From Formivibrio citricus (GTDB taxonomy: Bacteria > Pseudomonadota > Gammaproteobacteria > Burkholderiales > Chitinibacteraceae), in NCBI RefSeq assembly GCF_900115065.1, contig NZ_FOVE01000010.1, positions 1 to 64,000 on the forward strand: a stretch of 64,000 nucleotides of DNA, given 5' to 3'. Shown one piece after another: positions 20,712 through 31,574 of this stretch. The notes beneath the pieces are model-generated. The model did not search any database, was not told the origin of the DNA, and saw only the letters and a program-made list of their open reading frames with translations. Made by a program: the position numbers and the translations under genes. Numbering within the stretch: the first letter of the stretch is position 1; the number at the start of each line of letters is the position of its first letter.

Positions 20712-21832
20712 AATTTTTTCCTCAGGAATTGCAAGATTCGGAGCCGGGAGGCGAAGTCATGCGGATTCTGGCTGACCGGCTTGTTCAGCGCCCGGTCCAC
20801 CTCGTCGGCGGAGAGCTTGAAGCGGCGCGCAATGCGCTGCGCCAGTTCATGTTGCGGCAGGCGCGCCCATTCCGGCATGCGCGCGAGCATGCGCTGGCGC
20901 AGCACCAACCGCGCTGCCTGCAACAGTCGGAATGCGCCGCCCTCCTGCCGCCACAGCCAGCGCCCGCTGGCATCGATATGTTCCAGCAGGGAGCGGCGCG
21001 ACAGATCGGGCTCCGGCAACAGCGGGCCGAAACGCCGCACGGCGCGCCAGAGCAGCAGCCCCAGCAGCAACGGCAACACCACCCAGCCCAAGGGGGTTTT
21101 CTTCCAGAACAGCACATACCAGCGCGGCATTTTCAGCGAGCTGACGATCAGCACCTGCGACGGCGGGCCGTTGAGCTCGACCAGCCGCCACAGCAGCTCG
21201 GCGTGGTCACGCTGTTGCAGCCACTTGTTGGTGAACCAATCCGGATCGCCCATCACAACGATCTGGCCGCGCCCGACAGCAAACGCGCGCAGGTATTCGC
21301 CGCTCTGATCCTGCCAGAGCGGCGCAACGGCGTCCGGCAACTGGCGCACCCGGTCGGCGTAGTGGGTTTCGATGGCCAGCGCGCGCGGCGAGCCGGGCGG
21401 TTGCACGCTGCCGGCCTTGTCCTGGGTCTTGACCGGGGTATCGCGCCGGATCGCGAATGCATCCAGCAGCGGATCGTTCTCCTCGTCCTTGAGCCGCAGC
21501 GCCCCCGTAATGAGCACGCCGCCGTTCTCCACCCAGCGCCGGATCGCTGCGGAATCCTTGTCGCCCTGGCGCAGCGAACGATACGGCAGCAACAGCACGC
21601 TGGCCGACGAAAGCTGCGCCGTGCCTTCGGCCATCATGTCCACGGTGCGCGTCTTGATTCCCTGTTTTTCCAGGAACAACCCGGCGGCGAGCAGCGGATT
21701 GGCGGCGGCTTCCGGTGTCTGGCGCGGCATCGCCACCGGGCGACGCTCCATGTGGGTCAACCACCACCACGCGCCGTAAACGGCCGCCGCCACGGCGATA
21801 AACCAGAGCAGATAGCGCACGGTGCGGGTCAT
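20708..21832 (-). CDS. DUF4350-like membrane-anchored protein.
   Basis: N-terminal TM segment ([19 protein letters not shown]) and a second TM near residue 250. The gene context is the MoxR cluster. ATG verified at 21830-21832. Confidence 0.65.
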
Positions 21833-23424
21833 GATGCAGCCTCAACCTGGTCAAGATCGGCCTGCCAGTGCTTGCAAAGCGCCCTGACCTTCTCGCCGTC
21901 CGGCCAGCGGTCGGCATACGCCGCGGCCTGCCAGACCTCGGTGACGCTTTTCACGACCCGGTAGCGTGCCTCATTCAGGCGCATGGCGCGCAGTGCCGCT
22001 TGGGCGGTCTGCAGGCATTCGCCCTCGGTCGCGCCCTTGGGCAAGGCGATGCCGTGCCGGTGCGCGAGCCGCGAAATGCTGGCGCGGTAGAGCAAGGCTA
22101 GCGCGGCGCGTTGCTCGCCGGCCTGCCAGGCTTGCCAGACCGCCGCCGCCACATCGTCGGGCAGCGTTTCCGGGCGAATGTCGAGACCGGCGATTTCCTG
22201 CGGCAACTCCGGCAGGGCTTTCTTGCGCAGAAGGCCCATCTTTTCCAGTACATGGCGATAGCGATACAACAGCCAGAACACCAGCGCAGCCGCTGCCATG
22301 ATCAGCAGCAACTTGATCAGACCCGCGGCCGAGTTGAGCAGATCGCCCAGCGCCGAAAGCACGTCGAAAACACTTTTCCAGAACGGGGCGGTTTCCTTGT
22401 TGGCAACTTCGTCTTTCTTTTTCGGCACCCAGCCCTGCTTGCATTCGTAACTGCGCAACTCTTCGCGCGCATAGATTTCGTCCACCTGCGCACGGATACG
22501 CGCCTGCTCGGCATCCTGAGGCTCGCCGCGCGCCTTGAGCATCCTGGCGACATGCGCCGGTGGCTCGCACTCGACGGCCCAAGCTTGCGGGGCGGGCGCG
22601 ATGAAACACAAACCCGCCACGGTGACGAACAGCACCGATGCCAGGGTTTTGCCGAACCTGCCGCAGCGCTCGGCCAGGCGGCGGAACGCCAGCTCGATAT
22701 CCCACGCTTCAAGCTCCGCGCGGCGGTTGAGATAGAGCGTGAAACAGCCGGCCACATACACCGGCCCGATCATGCCCGCTGCCAGCGCGTAGGTAGCCAA
22801 CATCAATAATGGGTACCAGAAGTTTTCGTTCTTGGCATTCATCGCGAACAGGGTGAACGGATTGGCCGCGCCGGGGTCGCTGATGAACAGGCCCAACAGG
22901 GCAATCAACCCCAGTTCGATCACGAATTCGAAATGCGCACAGACCACGCCGAACCACGATGCCGCCCCATATGCGCCGCGCCGCCCCAAAGCCTGACGCC
23001 GCTGCTTGGCAAATGCCCCGCGCGCGCCTTCGAGCTGCCAGATCGGCTGGTACAGGCCGCGACCGAGCATGATCGGCCGCCACCAGGTCAGCACGCGAAA
23101 CCAGCCGCCGGAAAGCTGGCCGGGCCAAGCGCGCACCGCCTCGCGCCAGGAAACCGCCTCGCCGAAAACCGCACGGGACAGCACGTAAATGACGATCCGC
23201 TCGACCAAGGGTTTGACCCACCAGATCAGCATCATGGGCACCCAGTTCCAGTCCAGCGGCAGCAATGCGGTCAGGGCCAGCATCGCGAGCGCCAGCGGCC
23301 CCCACAGCGCCCACCAGGCGGCGTAGGTCGTCGCGGCATTGCGGCGCAAGAGCGCGTAGCCGAGGTCGATGGCCTGCCAGTAGGGGCGCGGGCGCAGGTC
23401 GAGTTGCAGGTGTTCAAGCTTCAT
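21829..23424 (-). CDS. Multi-TM protein with a C-terminal DUF4129-like domain.
   Basis: ATG verified at 23422-23424 (MKLEHLQLDL). Several TM helices. The C-terminal soluble region is typical of the DUF4129 member of the MoxR cluster. Confidence 0.6.
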   Translation of the reverse strand: MKLEHLQLDLRPRPYWQAIDLGYALLRRNAATTYAAWWALWGPLALAMLALTALLPLDWNWVPMMLIWWVKPLVERIVIYVLSRAVFGEAVSWREAVRAWPGQLSGGWFRVLTWWRPIMLGRGLYQPIWQLEGARGAFAKQRRQALGRRGAYGAASWFGVVCAHFEFVIELGLIALLGLFISDPGAANPFTLFAMNAKNENFWYPLLMLATYALAAGMIGPVYVAGCFTLYLNRRAELEAWDIELAFRRLAERCGRFGKTLASVLFVTVAGLCFIAPAPQAWAVECEPPAHVARMLKARGEPQDAEQARIRAQVDEIYAREELRSYECKQGWVPKKKDEVANKETAPFWKSVFDVLSALGDLLNSAAGLIKLLLIMAAAALVFWLLYRYRHVLEKMGLLRKKALPELPQEIAGLDIRPETLPDDVAAAVWQAWQAGEQRAALALLYRASISRLAHRHGIALPKGATEGECLQTAQAALRAMRLNEARYRVVKSVTEVWQAAAYADRWPDGEKVRALCKHWQADLDQVEAAS

Positions 23425-24364
23425 GGCGCCCCGCCAGCGTGAAATAGGCGAGCACCAGCAGCCACGCGCCCCCGCCCACCGCATACTTGATCGCGGGCGC
23501 CAGCCCGGGCATGGCCGACCAGAACGCCTCGAAGAACGCCGCCAGCGCCGTGAGCAGCGCCGCACCGACGACCATCGGCAACATGCGCTGCGCGGTGCGC
23601 AGCAGCGAATGATGACGGCTGTAGCGTCCGGGGCTGATCAGCGACAGGCCCAGACGCATCCCGGCGACGGCGGACAAAATCAGCCCGGTGATTTCAAACG
23701 CGCCGTGGGTGATGACGAAAGACCAGAACGCCTCGCGCGTGACCGGGTCGCGCGAGAGCCAGCTCGCGATCACACCGCCGTGCAGGCCGTTGAAGGCCAG
23801 ACTCAAGAGCGCCGGAACGCCGCCAAGAATCCCGCCGGCAAAGGTCCGGAAGCCAATCGAGACGTTGTTCCAGATGTAGAAGCCGAACATCATGAGATCG
23901 CTGCCGCTGCCTTCGCGCCCCAGCCGCGCGGCGGCCTGGCTGTACATGCGCTTGTATTTGGCGAGCTCCTGCGGCGAAACCCAGCTATAGGCCCATTCGG
24001 GATAGAACCAGACCAGAAGACCGACAGCCAGCCCTGCCCCCCAGAAAATCAGCGAGGCAATCAGGAACAGGCGCCACTCCTCGCGCACTAGGCGCGGAAA
24101 CCGGCTGGTCAGCCAATGACGCAAGACCGCCGGGCGCTCGATGGCCGCGCCGTACAACTGGCGGTGCGCAGCCAGCGCCAGGGTGTGCAGGTGTTCGGTC
24201 AGGGAAGGTGAATACCCGCGCTGGCGCGCCAGCGAGAGCGTCTGGCACAAGGCACGGTAGAGGCGGGGCAATTCCTTGCGATCACCCTGCGGCTTGTCGG
24301 CGAGCAGCATTTCGATCTTGGCCCAGAGCGCGGCGTGTTGTTGCTCGAACAGGCTCTGCTTCAT
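23414..24364 (-). CDS. SpoIIM-like / DUF95 membrane protein.
   Basis: ATG verified at 24362-24364 (MKQSLFEQQ). Polytopic C-terminal half (GILGGVPALLSLAFNGLHGGVIASW...). Confidence 0.6.
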   Translation of the reverse strand: MKQSLFEQQHAALWAKIEMLLADKPQGDRKELPRLYRALCQTLSLARQRGYSPSLTEHLHTLALAAHRQLYGAAIERPAVLRHWLTSRFPRLVREEWRLFLIASLIFWGAGLAVGLLVWFYPEWAYSWVSPQELAKYKRMYSQAAARLGREGSGSDLMMFGFYIWNNVSIGFRTFAGGILGGVPALLSLAFNGLHGGVIASWLSRDPVTREAFWSFVITHGAFEITGLILSAVAGMRLGLSLISPGRYSRHHSLLRTAQRMLPMVVGAALLTALAAFFEAFWSAMPGLAPAIKYAVGGGAWLLVLAYFTLAGRHEA

Positions 24365-24379
24365 CTTGAAAAACCTCCG

Positions 24380-24521
24380 TTGAACCACAGAGGCACAGAG
24401 AACACAGAGAAAAACCAGCCGCTACGCTCTGAAATTGCCACACCCGACCAGTGAACTGCACAGCACGCGCGAAAGTCTGATTTCTCGCTTTTCTCCGTGT
24501 CTCTGTGTCTCTGTGGTGAGG
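24380..24521. repeat. REP-like palindromic element, copy C, between the SpoIIM-like and RDD genes.
   Basis: The arms are TTGAACCACAGAGGCACAGAGAACACAGAGAAAAACCAG and TTCTCGCTTTTCTCCGTGTCTCTGTGTCTCTGTGGTGAGG, separated by a loop of about 60 bp. Confidence 0.8.
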
Positions 24522-24530
24522 AATTCAGGT

Positions 24531-25211
24531 TCATCGCGTCAGCCCCGCCGCGAAGTTGAGCAACTTGGCCAGCGAGGCATGGCCGATGCCCTTGGTCAGC
24601 GGCTCGGCCAGATCGGCGAGCTCCAGCCGGCGCTCATCGGACAGGCGCGGCGCACGCCCGACAAAATCCAGCAGCGCGCGCTGCTCGTCGGGCGTCAGGG
24701 GAAACGGCAAGGGCTGGGGCTGCCCGTCTTCGATCCTGGCCGGTTTGGCGGGCGGGTCGCGATAGATCACCATCGTTCCGGCCACCAGATCGCCCAAGCG
24801 GCGGAAGCGTCCGTCGAGCAGCATGCAGAAGAGTCCAACACCATAGAGGAAAGGCAGGAAATCGGCGACCAGCAACAGGTTGCGCAGGACCGATTCACGC
24901 CACCCCACCGGCAGACCGTCGGCGCGCACCACCTGCAAGCCCATCCAGCGCTTGCCGAGCGTCATGCCCTTGCCGTAGACCTCGAACAGGATCGGGTAGC
25001 CCCAGTAGCTCACGAACAGCACCAGCAGCATGATGCCGCGCCCGGCCTGGCTACCGCCGAGTATCCCCATGAGCATGCTGATGGAAATGAGCCACAGAAA
25101 AGTATCGACCGCCCAGGCCATGGCCCGGCGCGCGGGACCGGCCGGCGTCAGCGCCAGACTGACCCCTTCGGGTGTCAACAGCTCCAGCCGGCCATCGAGA
25201 ATCGATGTCAT
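24531..25211 (-). CDS. RDD-family membrane protein.
   Basis: RDD-domain topology. The ATG at 25209-25211 overlaps the stop codon of the upstream RDD gene (TGATG). Confidence 0.75.
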   Translation of the reverse strand: MTSILDGRLELLTPEGVSLALTPAGPARRAMAWAVDTFLWLISISMLMGILGGSQAGRGIMLLVLFVSYWGYPILFEVYGKGMTLGKRWMGLQVVRADGLPVGWRESVLRNLLLVADFLPFLYGVGLFCMLLDGRFRRLGDLVAGTMVIYRDPPAKPARIEDGQPQPLPFPLTPDEQRALLDFVGRAPRLSDERRLELADLAEPLTKGIGHASLAKLLNFAAGLTR

Positions 25212-25714
25212 CAAGCCTTTACCACGATGGTGTCGGCGATTTCATCGTGCAGGCACTTGCGGGATTCGCGGAAGATCAGCAGCGGATCGACGAGGGAGAT
25301 GACAACCCCCAGGAAGGGAATCGCGCCCAGAATCGCGGTGATGAGGTAGCGCATGAAAAAGTAGCGCGCCACGCTGCAACGGCTGCCATCGCTGCGCACC
25401 ACCTTGATCTTCAGCAGGCGCTTGCCAATGGTTTGCCCGTTGCGATGGATCAGGACGAGGTTGTAGATCAGCAGGGCCAGAAAGGCGCCGCCCATCAGCA
25501 ACCCGATGATGGCCGCTGCGGCTTTGCCGCCCCCTTTGCCAAACATCGGAATGAAAATCGCCATCAGGATGCCGATACCGGCAAAGCACAGGATATCGAT
25601 CACCACGGCGCCGAGCCGGACGCCGCGGTCGGCCAGTTCAAGTTCTTCGGATGGCCCCGGTTCGTTCAGGACCAGATGGGTTGCTGCATAGGGGTTCTGT
25701 TGCTGTTGATCCAT
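25211..25714 (-). CDS. RDD-family membrane protein (second copy).
   Basis: MDQQQQNPYAATHL...GQTIGKRLLKIKVVRSDG..., the RDD motif context. Confidence 0.75.
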   Translation of the reverse strand: MDQQQQNPYAATHLVLNEPGPSEELELADRGVRLGAVVIDILCFAGIGILMAIFIPMFGKGGGKAAAAIIGLLMGGAFLALLIYNLVLIHRNGQTIGKRLLKIKVVRSDGSRCSVARYFFMRYLITAILGAIPFLGVVISLVDPLLIFRESRKCLHDEIADTIVVKA

Positions 25715-25796
25715 TTCTGCCTCGCCTCTTCAAACAGGTTGAACGTGCAAAAAACATGACTAGCAACAGCCATCGTAAACAAGAAATCAGTCTGTG

Positions 25797-26258
25797 TCAG
25801 CCGTCCTCGAACGGTGCACCGCAGCAACCTGCTCCGCCATTTTCCGACAACGCCGGGTTATTTTCTCGCGGCAGGGTGCGCGGTCGACCATCCTTGCCCA
25901 CAGCTACATAGGTAATCACGCCTTCGGTTACGCAGTAACGCTCGCCTATCGGCTCGTTCGCCACCTTCTTGACCCAGACTTCGAGCTTCACCTTGAGCGA
26001 GGTGTTGCCGATGTGCACGCATTGTCCGTAGCAGCACACCACGTCGCCGACCGACACCGGCTTGAGAAAGGTCATGGCATCGACCGCGACGGTCACGACC
26101 CGCCCGCGCGCCATTTCCTTGGCAAGAATCGCGCCGCCCATGTCCATTTGCGCCATGATCCAGCCACCGAAAATATCGCCGCTGGGGTTGGTGTCGGCGG
26201 GCATGGCAAGCGTACGCAACAGCAGGACGCCAGCGGGTTGGCGGGGATTGATAGCCAT
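25797..26258 (-). CDS. yciA: Acyl-CoA thioesterase YciA (hotdog fold).
   Basis: MAINPRQPAGVLLLRTLAMPADTNPSGDIFGGWIMAQMDMGGAILAKE... is near-collinear with E. coli YciA. ATG verified at 26256-26258. Confidence 0.9.
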   Translation of the reverse strand: MAINPRQPAGVLLLRTLAMPADTNPSGDIFGGWIMAQMDMGGAILAKEMARGRVVTVAVDAMTFLKPVSVGDVVCCYGQCVHIGNTSLKVKLEVWVKKVANEPIGERYCVTEGVITYVAVGKDGRPRTLPRENNPALSENGGAGCCGAPFEDG

Positions 26259-26289
26259 GATGCTTCTCCTTGTTTGGGAGGAACACGCA

Positions 26290-26395
26290 GCGAGAAGGTG
26301 CAGGACAAGGAGCCCGGAGCACAGAAACCGCAATGTATGTGAAATACATGAGGATTTCGAGCACCGCGCGACGCAGTCATGCGCCTTCGCAGCAA
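26290..26395 (-). repeat. 107-bp repeat, copy 2 (inverted relative to copy 1 at 1358-1464).
   Basis: Its reverse complement aligns to 1358-1464 with about 95% identity. It sits between the hisD stop codon and the yciA start. Confidence 0.85.
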
Positions 26396-26399
26396 GTGT

Positions 26400-27692
26400 T
26401 TATTTCAGACGCAGCTCCGCTGAGCGAGCATGCCCCTGCAAGCCTTCTCCATGCGCCAGCACCGAGGCAATCTGCCCCAGCTTCTGCGCGCCGGTTTCCG
26501 AGACCATGATCAGGCTGGTGCGCTTCTGGAAGTCGTACACGCCGAGCGGGCTGGCAAAACGCGCCGTGCGCGCGGTCGGCAGCACATGGTTCGGGCCGGC
26601 ACAATAATCGCCGAGCGATTCCGAGGTGTATTTGCCCATGAAGATGGCGCCGGCATGCCTGAGTTGCGGCAGCCAGGCTTGCGGCTCTGCGACCGACAAT
26701 TCCAGGTGTTCCGGCGCAATCCAGTTGGCGATTTCGCAGGCTTCTTCAAGGCTGCGCACCTGGATCAACGCACCGCGGTTGGAGAGCGAGGCGCGGATGA
26801 TTTCCTGGCGCGGCATGGTCGGCAGCAGTTTCTCGATGCTGGCCCGCACTTTTTCGATGTAAGCGGCGTCCGGGCAGAGCAGGATGGATTGGGCAATTTC
26901 GTCGTGCTCGGCCTGGCTGAAAAGATCCATGGCAATCCAGTCCGGATCGGTCTGCCCGTCGCAGATCACGAGGATTTCCGACGGCCCGGCGACCATGTCG
27001 ATCCCCACCACGCCGAATACGCGGCGCTTGGCGGCGGCCACGTAGGCATTGCCCGGCCCGGTGATCTTGTCCACCGGCGGGATGGTTTCGGTGCCGTAGG
27101 CCAGCGCCGCCACGGCCTGCGCGCCGCCGACGGTAAACGCACGGCTCACGCCAGCGATGTAGGCCGCAGCCAGCACCAGATCGTTCTTCTCCCCGCGCGG
27201 GGTCGGCACCACCATGATGATTTCGGCCACGCCGGCTACGTGCGCCGGAATGGCGTTCATGAGCACCGACGACGGGTAGCTCGCCTTGCCACCGGGGACA
27301 TAGATACCCACACGATCGAGCGCCGTGACCTGCTGCCCCAGCACCGTGCCGTCGTCTTCGGTGTATTGCCACGAGGCCATTTTCTGGTGCTCGTGATAGC
27401 GCCGCACGCGCTCGGCGGCTGCCTGCAGGGCCTCGCGCTGCGCAACCGGCAGGCGGTCAAAAGCGGCCTTCAGCTCGGACTGAGTCAGTTCCAGTTCGGA
27501 CATGACCTGCGCATTCATGCTGTCGAAGCGGTTGGTGTATTCCAGCACCGCGGCATCACCGCGGGTTTTGACGTCCGCGAGAATCGTAGCCACGCGCTCC
27601 TCGACCTGCGGGTCTTGCGAGGTTTCGAAAGCCAGCAGGGCTTCAAGCTGTTGGCGGAATTCGGGAAGGGAAGAATCGAGGCGACGCAGCAT
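26400..27692 (-). CDS. hisD: Histidinol dehydrogenase.
   Basis: The HisD match runs the full length (...[28 protein letters not shown]...HLEL...). ATG verified at 27690-27692. Confidence 0.95.
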   Translation of the reverse strand: MLRRLDSSLPEFRQQLEALLAFETSQDPQVEERVATILADVKTRGDAAVLEYTNRFDSMNAQVMSELELTQSELKAAFDRLPVAQREALQAAAERVRRYHEHQKMASWQYTEDDGTVLGQQVTALDRVGIYVPGGKASYPSSVLMNAIPAHVAGVAEIIMVVPTPRGEKNDLVLAAAYIAGVSRAFTVGGAQAVAALAYGTETIPPVDKITGPGNAYVAAAKRRVFGVVGIDMVAGPSEILVICDGQTDPDWIAMDLFSQAEHDEIAQSILLCPDAAYIEKVRASIEKLLPTMPRQEIIRASLSNRGALIQVRSLEEACEIANWIAPEHLELSVAEPQAWLPQLRHAGAIFMGKYTSESLGDYCAGPNHVLPTARTARFASPLGVYDFQKRTSLIMVSETGAQKLGQIASVLAHGEGLQGHARSAELRLK

Positions 27693-27781
27693 GGCGGTAT
27701 CCGGGAAAACGGGTATGGAATTGGCAGGAATTATACGGCTGAGTGGTGTGGTCGTGCGAAGATCGGGATTATTACATCCCA

Positions 27782-28297
27782 TCAATCCACAACCAGCCTT
27801 TTGAGCTTGCGCCAGCGGATCAGGATGTCGCGCACATGGTCGGTCACGGCATCTTCGTCGACCACGCCGTCGGGGCCGGGCGGGACTTCCGCCAGATCGA
27901 GCGCAAGCCTGGCGGCGAGGCTTGCGGCTTCGGGCGCCACCGTCAGCGTGCCGTTCTGTCTGTCAACGGCCGCGGGCTTGGCCTCAGGCAAGGTACACGC
28001 TGGCGCGAAACCGGGCTCTTCGTCCAGCAAGGGAAAAAGCTGCATGGCTTTTTCCTCGATTTCCATGGTCAGCAACAGGTCGCCGGAAGAAACCGCTTCG
28101 TCACGCTCGACGACAAAACTGCCGACGAGACCGGCTTCCGGCGCGCAAACTTCCTGCGCCTGGCCATCCACGTGCAACAGCACCAGCGGCGTATCCGCTA
28201 CAACACTCTCGCCAGGCGTTGCCAGCAAGGCGCCAATCGTCGCCGCACCATTTAGTTGCGGCGCACAAATCAAATGCGTGGTATATGGTGTATTCAT
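27782..28297 (-). CDS. Protein with a lipoyl-like domain (no lipoyl-Lys) and an E3-binding (PSBD) domain, but no E2 catalytic domain.
   Basis: [13 protein letters not shown]...[21 protein letters not shown] is a lipoyl-like fold with Gln where the Lys would be. [37 protein letters not shown] is PSBD-like. Confidence 0.45.
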   Translation of the reverse strand: MNTPYTTHLICAPQLNGAATIGALLATPGESVVADTPLVLLHVDGQAQEVCAPEAGLVGSFVVERDEAVSSGDLLLTMEIEEKAMQLFPLLDEEPGFAPACTLPEAKPAAVDRQNGTLTVAPEAASLAARLALDLAEVPPGPDGVVDEDAVTDHVRDILIRWRKLKRLVVD

Positions 28298-28470
28298 TGT
28301 CAGAAAAACCGTATCGCGTTGATTTAAACCAAATATTGCCGACAGTTACCCTTGTAAGATACGCGCCGGCGTAATTTTTTGCATTGCAGCGCAACATCAG
28401 GCACTTATAATCGCGCCCGCTCCAAAATATGAACCCAACCGCTGATCACGGTTGCACGAGGAGTCACGAG

Positions 28471-29826
28471 ATGTCCGACGAAAACCTGCTTTTCGATGAT
28501 ATCGCGCCGGGAATGTCCTACGAGCGCAGTCACATAGTCACGCCCAACGATTTCGCCCTGTTCGCCATGCTCGCAGGCCAGGACGGCGAAGGCGACGATG
28601 CGCGTGTTCCCGCCGTCGGCGCGTTCCCGCTGATTTCCTCATCCACCATCAATTTCTTCCCGGGCAACGGCTCGGTCGTGAAGGATCACCATCTTGATTC
28701 GCACGGCTGGATCCGCAACGGCGACACGCTCGGAATCGAATTCACTGTAAAAGAAAAAGACGCGGCTTCCAAGCAGGTTGTGCTTGATGCGCGTTTGCGC
28801 AACCAGAACAACGAGGTGCTGGTTTCAGGCCCCGTGACCATCATCGCGCCGACGCGCAAGCATGCCGCCACCTATGCCGAGCCGCCGCAGCTCACGCTGG
28901 TGCAGCATCGCGTCTTTGCCGAACTGCGCGACCGCGTGGACCAGGAACCGCCGATTCCCACCGCCGTCGTCCACCCCTGCGACCGCGAATCGCTGACCGG
29001 CGCCATGGAAGCGGCCCGAGCCAACCTGATCGTGCCCCTCCTGGTTGGCCCGGAAGCCCGCATCCGCGAACTGGCGGACAAGGAAGGCATCGACCTCTCC
29101 GGCGCGACCATCGTCGACACGCCGCACAGCGTCGCCTCCGCCGCCAAAGCGGTCGAATTGTGCCGCGAAGGCAAAGCCGAAGCGATGATGAAAGGCTCGC
29201 TGCACACCGATGAAATGATGGGCGCGGTCGTATCGTCCAGTACCGGACTGAAATGCGGACGCCTGATCAGCCATGTGTATGTCATGGACGTGCCGGCCTA
29301 TGGCCGCCCGCTGCTCGTGACCGATGCCGCGATCAATATCGCGCCGACACTGGAGGACAAAGTGCATATCGTGCAGAACGCCATCAACGTCGCGCACGTG
29401 ATCGGCATCGATTGTCCCAAGGTCGCCATTCTCTCCGCCGTGGAAACGGTCTACCCGAAAATGGCTTCCACGCTGGATGCCGCCGTGCTGTGCAAGATGG
29501 CCGACCGTGGCCAGATCACCGGTGGCGTGCTCGACGGCCCGCTGGCATTCGACAACGCCATTTCGATGGCCGCAGCCAAAACCAAGAAAATCAGTTCTCC
29601 CGTGGCAGGCCAGGCCGATATCCTGGTCATGCCCAATATCGAATCCGCCAACATGGTAGGGAAGGAAATGACCTACTTTGCTGGCGCCCAAACCGCGGGT
29701 ATCGTCATCGGCGCCCGCGTACCGATCGTCCTCACTAGCCGTGCGGATGATGTAAAGACCCGCATGGCCTCTACCGCCGTGATGGCTCTTGTTGCCCTCG
29801 CTAACCGCTCAGGAAAGAAAGTCTGA
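28471..29826 (+). CDS. pta: Bifunctional MaoC-like hotdog domain / phosphate acetyl- or butyryl-transferase (Pta/Ptb family).
   Basis: The N-terminal region is MaoC-like. The C-terminal region is PTA_PTB-like (...ADILVMPNIESANMVGKEM...). ATG 28471 is preceded by GAGGAG. Confidence 0.8.
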   Translation: MSDENLLFDDIAPGMSYERSHIVTPNDFALFAMLAGQDGEGDDARVPAVGAFPLISSSTINFFPGNGSVVKDHHLDSHGWIRNGDTLGIEFTVKEKDAASKQVVLDARLRNQNNEVLVSGPVTIIAPTRKHAATYAEPPQLTLVQHRVFAELRDRVDQEPPIPTAVVHPCDRESLTGAMEAARANLIVPLLVGPEARIRELADKEGIDLSGATIVDTPHSVASAAKAVELCREGKAEAMMKGSLHTDEMMGAVVSSSTGLKCGRLISHVYVMDVPAYGRPLLVTDAAINIAPTLEDKVHIVQNAINVAHVIGIDCPKVAILSAVETVYPKMASTLDAAVLCKMADRGQITGGVLDGPLAFDNAISMAAAKTKKISSPVAGQADILVMPNIESANMVGKEMTYFAGAQTAGIVIGARVPIVLTSRADDVKTRMASTAVMALVALANRSGKKV

Positions 29827-29828
29827 AA

Positions 29829-31025
29829 ATGAAAGAACTTATCCTCGTTATCAATGCTGGCTCCTCCAGCATCAAGTTCCAGTTGTTCGAAAACGCCGCT
29901 ACCGATCCGGCCGTGCTGTACAAGGGCCAGATCGACGGTATCTACGTCGATCCGACCTTCACCGCCAAGGATGCTGCCGACAACAAGCTCGCCAGCGAAA
30001 AGCTGCCGGCCGACAAGCCGAAGGGCCACGACACCTCCCTGCACCACATCCTCGACTGGCTCAAGGACAAGACCCACGGGGGCAAGATTTCCGCCATCGG
30101 TCACCGCGTTGTGCACGGCGGCACCAAGTTCTCCGAGCCGGTACTGATCACTCCGGAAGTCATCAAGGAACTGGAAGCCCTGATCCCGCTGGCCCCGCTG
30201 CACGAGCCGCACAACATTGCCCCGATCAAGATCATGAACGATCTGCTGCCGGGCGTTCCGCAAGTGGCTTGCTTCGACACCGCTTTCCACACCACCCAGC
30301 CGGAACTGTTCCAGATGTTCGCGCTGCCGTATGAGTTCGCGCAGAAGGAAGGCATCCGCCGCTACGGCTTCCACGGCCTGTCCTATGCCTACATCGCCAG
30401 CGTCCTGCCGGAACTCGATCCGAAGGCCGCCAAGGGCTGCACCGTGGTTGCTCACCTGGGCAACGGCTCCTCCATGGCCGCCCTGAAGGACTGCAAGTGC
30501 CAGGCTACCACCATGGGCTTCACCGCCGTGGAAGGCCTGCCGATGGGCACCCGCACCGGTACGCTCGACGCCGGCGTGATCCTGCACTGCCTGAACCACC
30601 TGAAGATGGATGCCAAGCAGATCGAAGACCTGATCTACAAGCAATCCGGTCTCTTGGGCATGTCCGGCGTGTCCTCCGACATGCGCGACCTGCACGCTGC
30701 ATCCCCGACCAACCCGCGCGCCAAGCTGGCCGTGGATTTCTTCTGCCACCGCGTTTCCCGCGAAGCCGCTTCCCTGGCCCAAGCCATGGAAGGCTTCGAT
30801 GCACTGGTCTTCACCGCCGGTATCGGTGAAAACGACAACATCGCCCGCGCTGAAATCTGCAAGCAACTGGGCTGGATGGGCGTGAAGATCGATCTGGAAG
30901 CCAACGACAAGCGTTCCGGCGAACCGCGCAAGATTTCCACTCCGGACAGCAAGATCCCGGTATGGATCATCCCGACCAACGAAGAGCTGATGATCGCTCG
31001 TGCTGCGGTGAAGAACCTGGCCTGA
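29829..31025 (+). CDS. ackA: Acetate kinase.
   Basis: MKELILVINAGSSSIKFQLF...; the full-length sequence matches AckA. Confidence 0.95.
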   Translation: MKELILVINAGSSSIKFQLFENAATDPAVLYKGQIDGIYVDPTFTAKDAADNKLASEKLPADKPKGHDTSLHHILDWLKDKTHGGKISAIGHRVVHGGTKFSEPVLITPEVIKELEALIPLAPLHEPHNIAPIKIMNDLLPGVPQVACFDTAFHTTQPELFQMFALPYEFAQKEGIRRYGFHGLSYAYIASVLPELDPKAAKGCTVVAHLGNGSSMAALKDCKCQATTMGFTAVEGLPMGTRTGTLDAGVILHCLNHLKMDAKQIEDLIYKQSGLLGMSGVSSDMRDLHAASPTNPRAKLAVDFFCHRVSREAASLAQAMEGFDALVFTAGIGENDNIARAEICKQLGWMGVKIDLEANDKRSGEPRKISTPDSKIPVWIIPTNEELMIARAAVKNLA

Positions 31026-31046
31026 TCGTTCCTTCTTTGAAGGCAA

Positions 31047-31080
31047 AACGGCCGGCGGAATATTCCGTCGGCCGTTTTTT
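31047..31080 (+). terminator. Rho-independent terminator after ackA.
   Basis: The hairpin ACGGCCGGCGGAAT / ATTCCGTCGGCCGT is followed by a run of six T. Confidence 0.65.
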
Positions 31081-31172
31081 CATGCAAATTTCATCGTTTC
31101 GTCACAACTTGTCTACCATTCACCGCTATTCTTCCGGGGCTATACTGCCTTGTCCCCAATTGCAAAACTGAC

Positions 31173-31574
31173 ATGAATAATCCTTCTGCAAACCTTCCTC
31201 CCGACCAGAATAGTCCGTTCAAGGGAAAAACCGGCATCCGGCGCATCCTCAACGCGCTGGGTTATTCGCTCGACGGCCTGCATGCCGCGTGGAGCAACGA
31301 AGCAGCGTTCCGCCAGATTTCCCTGTTGGCCCTGATTGGCATCCCGCTCTGCCTGATCCTGCCTTTTCCGCTCTGGATGCGCGCCCTGCTGATCGCCAGC
31401 CACATGGCAACGCTGGCTGTTGAACTGATCAATTCGGCCATCGAAGCAGCAGTAGATCACACCTCGCTGGAACACCATGCCCTGGCCAAGCGCGCCAAGG
31501 ATTTGGGTAGCGCTGCGCAACTGGTCGGATTGACCAATTTGGGCCTGATGTGGATCGTTGCAGTAGCGATTTGA
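31173..31574 (+). CDS. dgkA: Diacylglycerol kinase.
   Basis: Three-TM protein with the DgkA signature region (...SNEAAFRQISLLALIGIP...AVELINSAIEAAVD). Confidence 0.8.
   Translation: MNNPSANLPPDQNSPFKGKTGIRRILNALGYSLDGLHAAWSNEAAFRQISLLALIGIPLCLILPFPLWMRALLIASHMATLAVELINSAIEAAVDHTSLEHHALAKRAKDLGSAAQLVGLTNLGLMWIVAVAI

Noticed and set aside
24435-25349. 304-aa plus-strand ORF.
   Set aside because: It is antisense to the two RDD genes, which have clear TM topology and motifs.
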